Below are positions 25,901 to 37,900 of a stretch of 63,818 bases of DNA, in pieces; the first letter of the stretch is position 1; the number at the start of each line of letters is the position of its first letter. The notes beneath the pieces were generated by a model that was not told where the DNA came from, searched no databases, and saw only the letters and a program-made list of their open reading frames with translations. This DNA comes from Malacoraja senta (Eukaryota): contig CM075993.1 in assembly GCA_038087875.1 (NCBI GenBank), positions 7,628,183-7,692,000 on the forward strand, given 5' to 3'. The position numbers were made by a program, and so were the translations under genes.

Positions 25901-28900
25901 GTAAATGTCACTTGGCCAAACACGTTGTTACTTCCTGTCAAACACCTTTGTGTAGTACCCACATTAATATAAATGCAGGCGGCTGTTGTTGCTCCAATAG
26001 ACCCTTCTCTCCACCCCACCCCCTCCACCCTCCGCCCAGCTGGCTCTGTGTTTCGACACATTGGGCTGAACGGCCAGAGGCTGCTTCTGGCCAGTAAGGG
26101 ACCTTTAGACTTTAGAGATATAGCGTGGAAGCAGGCCCTTCGGCCCACCGAGTCCATGCTAACCAATGATCACCCCCATACACTAGCATTATCCTACATG
26201 CTAGGGACAATTTACAACACGGTCATCCCATACACAGAGAGGGTGGTGGATGTATGGAACAAGCTGCCAGAGGAGGTAGTTGAGGCTGGGACTATCCCAT
26301 CGTTTAAGAAACAGTTGGACAGGTACATAGATAGGACAGGTTTGGAGGGTTATGGACCAAGCGCAGGCAAGTGGGACTAGGGTAGCTGGGACATAGTTGG
26401 CCGGTGTGGGCGAGTTGGGCTGAAGGCCCTGTTTCCACACTGTATTAATCTATGACTCCATCTATGACTAGCACTCTCCTACACGCTAGGGAAATTTTAC
26501 AACTTCACCAAAGCCAATTAACCTACAAACCTGTACATCTTTGGAGTGTGGGAGGAAACGGGAGCACCTGGAGAAAACCCACGTGGTCACGGGGAGACCC
26601 GTTGTCAGGATCAAACCCAGGTATTTGGCGCTGTAAGGCAGCAGCTCTACCGCTGCACCACTGTGCAACCCACTGTTGAGCAGGTGAGACAATGAGTCAA
26701 GTTGGGGGTGAACCTGGAACATGACATGCACTTTTAGTCTCTTTTTCTAAAGGATATACTTGCTGTGGAGGAAATTCAACGAAGGTTCAACAAAGGTTCA
26801 CAAGGTGGTTCTTGGGCTAGAAGCTCTGTCTAAAGAGCAAAAATGGAGTAAATTGAACCTCTATGCCCTGGTGTTTGGGTGACTTCAGTACAGAAGACTA
26901 AGAGAGACCAGCAAGATAGATATAGTGAGGATATTTTTATTCGAGCTAAACAGTCTAGAATGTGGGACTGCAATCCCAAATCTAAAAGGTTCTCTATTTA
27001 CGAACGGAAATGAGAAGAAATCTTTTAGCCTGGAGATTGTCGAATCATTGGAATTCTCTCTTGGAGATCTGTAGAGGCTTGGCAGATGAGGAATATATCC
27101 GAGCTTCTCCGAGGACCATTCAGTAGTCATACAACGTGGATAAAGCTGTTCCTGAATTTGGTGGTACGCACTTTCAAGATTTTGTACTTTCTTCCTGATG
27201 GAAGAGGGGGAAAAGCGGGAATACTTGGGGTTAAACTTAGACTTAGACTTAGATTCCTTTATTGTCATTCAGACCGTTCGGTCTGAACGAAATTTCGTTG
27301 CCTGCAGTCATACATATAATAAATAACAAAACACACAATAAACACAAATTAACATCCACCACAGTGAGTTCACCAGGCACCTCCTCACTGTGATGGAGGC
27401 AAAAGTCTTAAAGTCTGTCTCTTCCCTCTTTGTTCTCCCTCTGCGCTGAGGCGATCCAGGCTTCTGATGTTGTGACCCCGCCGGGTGATGTTAAGTCAGT
27501 CCCGCGGCTGAATCCGTGCTCCGTCCGCGACGGGCCGGTTCAAACTCCGCGGCCCGGGGTGGTCGAAGCTGCCGAAGCTGCCGCCTTCCAGTCCAGCAGA
27601 CGCAGCTGTAGTTGCGGGAGCCCCAGAAAAACAGGTCACCCACCTGTGACCTGCGAGCTCCCGACGATGTCGTCCACCGGGCCCGCGACTGAGCCTCCGG
27701 ACCTAGGTCGCCACCAGCGTCCTCGGTCGCCACCGCCGGAACGCCACTGCAGCCCCGAAGCCGGCCAGCCCCGCGCTGGTAAGTCCTGGCTCTGCCTCCA
27801 GAGCCTCGAGGTCGGTCGGTCGCAGTTGGAGTTGGAGGCCGGCAGCTCCGCCATTTTGGCCTCAGCGCAGACGGAGGCAGAGAAGAGGGATACGACAAGA
27901 AAAAGTCGCATTCCCCCGAAGGAAGAGACAAAAATCATGTTTCCCCCCCCCCCACCCCACCCCACACGTACACAACCCAATAACTAAAATGTAACTAAAA
28001 CAGGACAAAAGAAAACAACAAAAAAAGTAAAAACAGACGGACTGCAGGCGAGCCGCAGCTGAGCAACAGCGCCACCACTTAAAAAGAACCTTGATAATGT
28101 TGGCTGCCTTCCCGAGGCAGTGTGAAGTGTAGATAGATGATTGGCGGGGAGGATTTGAGAGCTGGGACTGTGTGATGAACTGGGCTGTACTGTGATGAAG
28201 GCCAAGCCAGTGGATATTTTTAAGGCAGAGATAGATAGATTCTTGATTAGTACAGGTGTCGGGGGTTATGGGGAGAAGGCAGGAGAACGGGGTTCGGAAG
28301 GAGAGTTAGATCAGCCATGATTGAATGGCGGAGTAGACTTGATGGGTCGAATGGCCTAATTCTACTTCTATCACTTATGACCTTATGGGCTGCGTAACTT
28401 TCTGCAATTTCTTGTGGTCTAGGGCAGAACTGTTGCCAAACCAAGTTGTGATACAAGCCGACAGGATGCTTTCTGCGAGCATTTGTAGACGTTGGTAAGA
28501 GTTGTTGGAGACACGCTAAACTTCCTTCGTCTTCTGAGGAAGTAGAAGCATTGGTGGCTAGAGCTCCAATGTTGTTACGTTTTCATCTTAATTGCCGCTT
28601 ACCAACACATTTCATTGCAATACTGTGGAAGTATGGTTACTGCATTGAGCCATTTATTATAATATATTTTTTGAGTATTTTCCAATTTATGGGCAAATTA
28701 GACTTGAGGACATCTGTCAAAATGGATTCTGTTCATAACTCGGACAATGTATCCTAGAAATGTTATTCCGATGGACATGGTGATGATTTAATTTTCTGTG
28801 CATTCTCAGTGTTGGAGGCTCTCTGCCGGTCATATTCTCCTACTTTGCGGAATTCCAACCACAGAACAGAAGAGGCTGCATGATCAGTGCTTTGGCTGCC

Positions 28901-31900
28901 TTCTGGATGGGTGGGAACATCTTTGCAGCAGGTAGGTGGAGTCGCACAAACCCGGATACACAAGACTAGCCAACGTACCGAGCTGTGGGGCCGTGATGGC
29001 TCTTGGGATTTATCTTTAGGCCTCTTTGAGCAAATGACAATAGACAATAAGTGCCGGAGTAGGCCATTTGGCCCTTCGAGCCAGCACCGCCATTCAATGT
29101 GATCATGGCTGATCATCACCAATCAGTACCCCGTTCCTGCCTTCTCCCCATATCCCCTGACTTCACTATTTTCAAGAGCCCTATCTAGCTCTCTCTTGAA
29201 AGCATCCAGAGAACCTGCCTCCACTGCCCTCAGAGGCAGAGAATTCCACAGACTCACCACTCTCTGTGAGAAAAAGTGTTTCCTCGTCTCCGTTCTAAAT
29301 GGCTTACTCCTTATTCTTAAACTGTGGCCCCTGGTTCTGGACTCCCCCAACATCGGGAACATGTTTCCTGCCTCTAGTGTGTCCAAGACCTTAACAATCT
29401 TATATGTTTCAATGAGATACCCTCTCATCCTTCTAAACTCCAGAGTGTACAAGACAGTGGAAAGGAAGCAATATATTGCTAAATAAGATAGGCACCAAAT
29501 GCTGGAGTAACTCAGCGGGTCAGCAGCATCTGTGGAGAAAAGGAACAGGGGACATTTCGGGTTGAAATCCTTGTGAACATTGCCTTATTTGTTTCCGATT
29601 CGCACATGGCAAATCTGAGAATCTGCTGGATTTAGTACGTGATGTCAGGACTTCCTTTGTAGGTGTTCTTCCATACTTTCAATCACCCTGAGTGTGACAT
29701 TGAGATGCAGCGCCAGAATCACTCGCCAGTCAAGAGTGTTTTATTGTCACATGTTCCAGATAGAACAATGGAATTCTTACTTGCAGCAGCACAACAGAAT
29801 ATGTAAACATAGTACACTGCAAACAATATGAGAAATGAGAAATAAAAGTTCAGTGTGTGTGGTTATATACATATACCCACACATACACAAATACATTTTA
29901 TATATATTTGTATAAAATATATTTGTGTATGTGGTAGACAAAAATGCTGGAGAAACTCAGCGGGTGAGGCAGCATCTATGGAGCGAAGGAAATAGGCGAC
30001 GTTTCGGGTCGAGACCTAAGGGTCTCGACCTGAAACGTCGCCTATTTCCTTCGCTTCATAGATGCTGCCTCACCCGCTGAGCTTCTCCAGCATTTTTGTC
30101 TATCTTCGATTTTCCAGCATCTGCAGTTCCTTCTTAAACATTTTGTGTATGTGTGGGTATATATATAGAATACACGCACACATACGTATACATAAAAAAC
30201 AAATAATAATAGTGCAATAATAATATAGTCAAGATACAAGGTATTTTTATTAGTCACATTCACATACACCCAGGTGTAGTGAAGTGAAATGCTTTTTGCC
30301 ATTATGCAGCACACAAAAAGAGAATACAGACACAACACCAAGATAGTCTTAACACTGAACATCCCCCCACAATGGCTCCCACCATGAGGGAAGGCACAAA
30401 GTCCAGTCCCCAACCCGAGTTCACCCATAGTCGGGCCCATTGAGGCCTCCACAGTTGCCTCTACGGAGGCCCGATGTTCCAGGCCGTTCTTGCCGGGTGA
30501 TGTTGCTCCGTCGTCGGGAGAGTCCTCTCAGCGGCCTGGGAACCCTGGAATGGCCGCTTCCGCACTGGGGGCCGCAGCTTCCGAAGCCAACAAGGCCATT
30601 GTAGTTCGGAGCTTATTTGAGGTTGTAGTGTTTAATAGCAAAATCGCTGTGGGGAAGTGGCTGTTCCTGAACCTGGATGTTACAGTTTTCAGGCTCCTGC
30701 ACCTTCTTCACGATGGCAGGGGTGAAGTGAGTGTGTGGCCAGGGTGGTGTGGGTCTCTGGTGATGAATAGACTACGAACATATAAGATTGTTAAGGGTTT
30801 GGACACGCTAGAGGCAGGAAACATGTTCCCGATGTTGGGGGAGTCCAGAACCAGGGGCCACAGTTTAAGAATAAGGAGTAAGCCATTTAGAACGGAGACG
30901 AGGAAACACTTTTTCTCACAGAGAGTGGCGAGTCTGTGGAATTCTCTGCCTCAGAAGGCGGTGGAGGCCGGTTCTCTGGATGCTTTCAAGAGAGAGCTAG
31001 ATAGGGCTCTAAAAAATAGCGGAGTCAGGGGATATGGGGAGAAGGCAGGAACGGGGTACTGATTGGGGATGATCAGCCATGATCACATTGAATGGGCGGT
31101 GCTGGCTCGAAGGGCCGAATGGCCTACTCCTGCACCTATTGTCTATTGAACCATAATTATATTGAACTAGAAGCACGTTAATCCTTGTCAACCACTTTAA
31201 AAGCTACTTTGCAAACCACTTCACAATGGCCAGATGATGAACTATCAATTTATTAACAACCGTCAGTTTATTAACAATGTTATGTTGTGGATGCACAGTG
31301 ATGAAAATTAGTCTTTTTAATTTAGATTCCAATGTCATTTTTCATTGCCATAAAACAGTCTCGCAATTAAAGTTTTAAAAGGACAAAAATAATTTATAAC
31401 TTTTTTTTATTGGATGATGTTTAAAACTTGAAGCTGTTAAGTTAATTACGGGTCATTCGTTTCGAAAAAGATTGCTGCAATATAACTCTTTACTCCAACG
31501 GGAAATAAAAGCTGGTGCTTTATAGATGTTGAACGTGACCCAGTTTGGAACGATCTAGTTTCTCTCTTGGAGTAATCAATTGTTCTTTTCAGTGGAGTAA
31601 TAACACGGGATTAATGTATTTTTCCTAAACAGGCGAATCGGAATATCATCTTGCCTTTATTATAATTGTTTCTATAAATATTTCGTTGTTGTGCAGAGCA
31701 AATCCATATCAAAGTGCAGTGGCAACATTGCAGCTCCTTCATTTATTCATGAGGACAGGATAAATAAAGGCTGCAGCCAGCCAGAAATGCAGTCTGGAAT
31801 TTAATGTTGCATTAAAATTCCAGCCATGCTCCTACAAGTACACCATTTATGAAGCGATGGCCTTGTCTGTGTTCACCACTCTCTGCGGGTTCAGGCAGTC

Positions 31901-34900
31901 AAGAACACAGCAGATGCCACACCTGGCTGAGATTCATCCCATCCAAATCTTTTTTAGGGTGCATTTTTAGAAGTTGGGCGGCATTGTATGGGGGGGGGGA
32001 ACAGTGACGCAGCGCCAGAGAACCAGGTTCGATCCCATCTACGGGTGCTGTCTGTACGGAGTTTGTAAGTTCTCCCTGTGACCCCATTGATTTTCTCCAG
32101 GTGCTCGGCTGTCCTCCCACACTCCAGTGACATGCAGGTTTGTAGGTTAATTGGCTTCAGCAAAATTGTAAATTGTCCCTAGTGTGTGTAGGATAGTATT
32201 TAGTGGTGGGCGCGGAGTCGGTGAGCCGAAGGGCCTGTTTCCATGCTGTATCTCGCAAAAGTCTAAAAGTCTAAAGCCACAGGGAGAATGTACAAACTGC
32301 ACACAGACAGCACCCAAGGTCGGGATCGAACTCGTGTCCCCAGGGCTGTGAGGCAGCTGCACTACCAACTGTGGAGTTGGAGATCCTGTTGGAGATGATA
32401 TAATGCTGTGTGCACACAGACTGCTGGTGGGCTGACCTAATGCTGCCTCTCTGTCTGTCTGTCCTCAGGCCTGGCCTGGTTGGTCATCCCCAGGACCTCG
32501 CTGTCCTTCCAACTCGGCTCTCTGTCCTTTCCCAGCTGGCGGGTCTTTGTGCTGCTGTGCTCCCTGCCCAGCCTCACCGCCGCACTGGTCACGCACTCGG
32601 GATGCCGGAGAGCCCAAAGTACTTGATGGAGGTAAGGAGGCAACACACTGCAACCCTCGAGCATAGCACCAATTGCTTGAGCAACTCAGCGGGTCAGGCA
32701 GCATCTGTGGAGGGAATGGATGGGTGATGCTTCTAGTTTAGTTTAGTTTAGTGATACAGTGTGGAAACAGGCCCTTCAGCCCACCGAGTCTGTGCCGACT
32801 AACGTTCACCCGCACACTAAATCTATCCCGCACACTGGGGACAATTTACAGAAGCCAATTAACCTACAAACCTGCACGCCTTTGGAGTGTGGGAGGAAAC
32901 CGGAGCACCGGAAAATCCACGAATAAACTCTGTACAGACAGCACCCGTAGTCAGGATCGAACCTGGGTCCCTGGTGCTGTAAGGCAGTAACTCTACGTGC
33001 TGCGCTTACGGGTGTGGTTGTCCATCCATTTTCTCCAGAGATGCTGCCTGACCCGCTGAGTTACTCCAGCACTTGTATTTAGCTTGAGATTCCAGCATCT
33101 GCAGTTCCTTGTATCTACATTTAAATCTCCTTTTTGTCAGCAAATAGATGATTTTTAAATCGGGTTTTATACACACTTTAGAAACATCTCTTGGTCAATG
33201 GTTCTTTATTGTTACATCTACAGACATACAGCACAATTATTTTATTTGCATGCAGTTCAGTATAGTATTGACATACCCAAGCACAATCCCCGATGAGTAC
33301 AAAGTGTATAGAGATACAGGGCGGCATGGTGGCCCAGCGGTAGAGTTGCTGCCTTACAGCGTCAGAGACCCCGGTTCGATCCTGACTACGGGTGCTGTCT
33401 GTACGGAGTTTGTACGTTCTCCCCGTGACCTGCGTGGGTTTTCTCCGGGTGCTCTGGTCTCCTCCCACACTCCAAAGACGTACAGGTTTGTAAGTTAATT
33501 GGCTTTGGAAACAATTGTAAAAGCCCTGTCCCACGGTACGAGTTCATTCCAAGAGCTCTCCCGAGTTTGCCCTGATTCGAAATCGGAGATTTACGGTAAT
33601 GGCCGCTCGTCGGTACTCGGGGCTCTCGTGGACATTTTTCGACATGTTGAAAAATCTTCACCAGTCTTCCCGTGCTTATCTGCCGTTAGCGAGTCTTCCC
33701 GAGTACTTGCCGTTAGCGCTAAGAGACTCCCTGAGCTCCGACGTACCCGCTATGTTCAATCTCCGTGCTTACCATGAGTTTGATTTTTTTTTACACTCGG
33801 GGGAGCTCTTGGAATGAACTCGTACCGTGGGACAGGGCTTTAACTCGTCTCTATAATGTAGGGCAGTGCTAGTGTGTGGGGATCGCTGGTCGGTACTAAC
33901 TCGGTGGGCCTCATTGGAGACCCTTGGACTATCTTTAATCGGATTTTACTGGACTTTATCTTGTTCTAAATGTTATAGCCGTTGTTCTGAATCTGTACAC
34001 TGTGGACGGCTTGATTGTAACCAAGTATAGTTTTTTCCCTGACTGGACTGCATGCACCAAAAAGCTTTTCACAGTACCTGTACATGTGACAATAATAAAC
34101 TAAACTAACCTTTTAAATGAGGATTCTGGGCTTTAATACGACACAATGTGCCATGGCGATGCTGGCTCGAAGGCCCGAATGGCCTACTCCTGCACCTATT
34201 GTCTATTGTCAATACAAACGAACACCTCCTGTAACTTCATCTATTGCATTAGTGTTCCCGATATGGCCCCTTACATCGACGAAACCAAGTGTAGAACAGG
34301 AAACCGTTTCCTTAATATGGGAGCAGAATTACGCCATTTGGCCCATCAAGTCTGCCCTGTCATTCCATCATGGCTGATCAATTTTTTTCCCTCACCCTCA
34401 TTCTCATAATGATTTTTCACAGATTCACCACCTCAGGCTAAAGAAATTCTTCCTCGTCTCCATTCTAAAAGTATGTCCCCACTGGTCCTAGACTCCCTCT
34501 ACTGGAAACTGCTAGCCATAAAGGAGCCTTCTGGGCTTGAATCTGCTGCATTTGTGCTTGTCAGTGCAGCTTGAGAAGTGCACCGCCTCTAACCTCATCT
34601 GCTGCATTTCACCAAACACTTGCACTCGATACGCCAAGGCCTACTGGATCTCCCAGTTGCCAACCATTTTATCTCCCCTTCCTGTTTCCACACAAATCTT
34701 TCTGTCCAGGGCCTCCTCCATTGCCAGGGAGGCCACACGCAAACTGGAGGAAGAGCACCTCACATTCTGCCTGGGTAGCCTACACCCCAACGGTATGAAC
34801 ATTGAATTCTCCAAATATTTTCAAGTAACCCCCGCCCCCCGCTCATCCACCCGCCTTCCCCCAAAGTGCACNNNNNNNNNNNNNNNNNNNNNNNNNNNNN

Positions 34901-37900
34901 NNNNNNNNNNNNNNNNNNNNNNNNNNNNNNNNNNNNNNNNNNNNNNNNNNNNNNNNNNNNNNNNNNNNNNNNNNNNNNNNNNNNNNNNNNNNNNNNNNNN
35001 NNNNNNNNNNNNNNNNNNNNNNNNNNNNNNNNNNNNNNNNNNNNNNNNNNNNNNNNNNNNNNNNNNNNNNNAGACGCTGCTGTCTTCCATAAATAGTGTA
35101 GGAAGGAACTGCAGATGTTGGTTTAAACTGAAGATAGACACAAAAAGCTGGAGTAACTCAGTGGGACACGCAGTATCTCTGGAGAAGGAATGGGTGAAGT
35201 TTCGGGTTGAGACCCTTCTTGACCAGAAACGTCACCCATTCCTTCTCTCCAGAGATGCTGCCTGACCCTCTGAGTTACTTTACTTTACCCAGTGCAGTTA
35301 TATAACATAAAAAGCAACTAGAGTATCATCAGACCAAAGTTGGCAGTAGACCAAGGCAGGACACAAAGTGCTGGAGTAACTCAGCAGGTCAGGCAGCATC
35401 TCTGGAGAACATGGGTGACATTTCGGATTGGGACCCTTCATCAGACAGACTAGGGGGGAAGGGGGAGGAGAAGAAAGCTGAGAGAAAGGTGGAGAACTTC
35501 TTCAAAGTAGCCATATCTTGAGGAGATTTCCAGTGGAGCAGTCAAAATGTAGAAAGCAGGAACTGCAGATAACTGGCTTCCAAGAAAAGATACAAAGTGC
35601 TGGGGAAACAACAGGTCAGGCAGCATCTCTGGAGAACATGGATAGGTGAGGGTTTGGGTCCGGGCCCTTCTTCAGACTGATTGGAGGGGAGGGGGATGAG
35701 GAAGAGAGGAGAGGCAGGACAAAGCATGGCAGGTGGACACGGGTGGGTGGGGGGGGAGATTCATTGGCTGTTGGTTGAAACAAAAGGCCAGTGTGAACAT
35801 TTAGAGAGGTACAGAGCACAGAAACAGGCCCTTCAGCCCACTCACCCATGCTGACCAAGATACCTACCTGAACTAACCTCATTTACCTGGCACGTACAGG
35901 ATACTGAGTTGGATGATCAGCCATGATCATATTGAATGGCAGTGCAGGCTCGAAGGGCCGAATGGCCTACTCCTGCACCTATTTTCTATGTTTACCTGTG
36001 TTTGGCTCATATCCCTCTTAAACCTTTCTTATCCACGTACCTGTCCGAAATATATTTTAAACATTATACCTATACCCGCCTTTACAGCTTGTTCCAAACA
36101 CCCTGTGTGCAGAATAGGTTGCCCTGAGAATCATGTGTATATCTTCCCCTCTCACCTTCTAGATTTACATTCCACTACCCTGGGGAAAAGACTGTTACCA
36201 TTATTCACCTTCTGTATTAGTGCTGATGATGTTGAGGAACTATGTGCCTCTATACCCTGAGGTCACTGTTCTCCCACACTCTCCTGGGCCAAAACATTTA
36301 TGTGCAAGAATAAAACGTAGTTCCCTGCATCAGGACTGAGTTTAGTTTAGAGATTTAAAAACAAATTTAGATATACAGTGCGGAAACGTGCCTTACGACC
36401 CACCGAGTCCGCGCCAACCAGCGATCCCCAACACTACCACTATCCTACACACACTAGGGACAATTTACAATTTTTCCAAAGCCAATCAACCTACAAACCT
36501 GTACGTCTTTGGAATGTGGGAGGAAACCGGACCCACGCAGGTCACGGGGAGAACGTACAAACTCCGTACAGACAGCATCCGTAGTCAGGATTGAACCCGG
36601 GTCTGGCGCTGTAAGGCAGCAACTCTACCGCTGCGCCACCGTGCCTTCCCTTGTTAAATCGTTCAGTAACGACTCCTATTTCTCCCTGTACAGACGGGAC
36701 AAGAGGAAGAAGCCCTGCGGGTTTTCGAGCGGATGTTCCAGTGGAATATGCGTGGGACAGCGCGCTCCTGCCCAGTAAGTGAACAGCAGTGTACTTACAA
36801 CACAGCACAGCACGGTGATAGGCCCTTCAGCCTCTGTGCCAAACGTGAGGCCATGGTAAACTAAAAAAGACACCAAGTGCTGGAATAACTCAGCGGGTCA
36901 GGCAACGTCTATGGAGAACATGGATAGGTGACATTTCGGGACGGAATCCTTCTTGAGTCTGAAGACGGGTGCTGTCTGTAAGGGGTTTGTATATTCTCCC
37001 CATGGCCACGCAGGTTTCCTCCCACACTCCAAAGTCGTACAGGTTTGTATTTTATTTCATCCTTCACATTTAAATTATAATGTTTTATTTTTAATTGTCT
37101 AATGTATATCGTGTTGTTACTTGCGAGCAAAGCACCAAGGCAAATTCCTTGTATGTATACATACTTGGCTAATAAAATTGATTCAATTCAATCCCCAAAT
37201 TCTATCACTCATCTTCACACCAGGGTCAATTTTCAGAGACCAATTAACCTATCTGCCTGCACGTCTTTCAGATGTGGGAGGAAACCCATGTGGTCACATG
37301 GAGAACTTGCAAACTCCGCACAAGAGGTCAGGATTGAACCTGGGTCTCTGGTGCTGTGAGGCAGAAGCAGAAATGGGAGATTAGGAGATCAGTGTAAAGT
37401 GATTTCAGGATTCGGGGTGGAGTCTGCGACAAAAGAAGCGGCAGGGAGCCGGGATTCTAATGCGCGGGCGAGAGAGTGCACTCTGTGGTGAAAGAACGAG
37501 TGTCGGGGGGGGGGGGGGGGGGGCAAATTGTCACCTCACTGCCATTGACTTGTAGAACGAGCGGCCAGCAGGTAGTGCTGCTGTCTCTCAGCTCCTGAGA
37601 CCCAGGTTCAATCCTGACATCTGGTGCTGTTTGTGTGGAGTTTGCAGGCCGTTTCCTCCAGGATCTTTGGCTCCCCCCCCCACCCCCCAAACACACAATC
37701 CAAAGACTTCAGACTTTCGAGAGATACAGCACGGAAACAGGCGCTGGCTCAGTGGGCCGAAGGGCCGATTAGCGATCACCCCACACACTAGCACTATCCT
37801 ACACATCAGGGACAATTTACAAAAGCCAATTAACCGACAAACATGCATGTCTTCGTAACGTGGGAGGAAACCGGAGCTCCCGGAGAAAACCCACGCGGTC

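Noticed and set aside
33319..33400. tRNA-like sequence with A/B boxes (many copies)
   Set aside because: SINE heads continuing into the SINE core; not tRNA genes.
34537..35265. 242-aa ORF, the longest in the track
   Set aside because: Artefact of reading through the N gap and repeat fragments.
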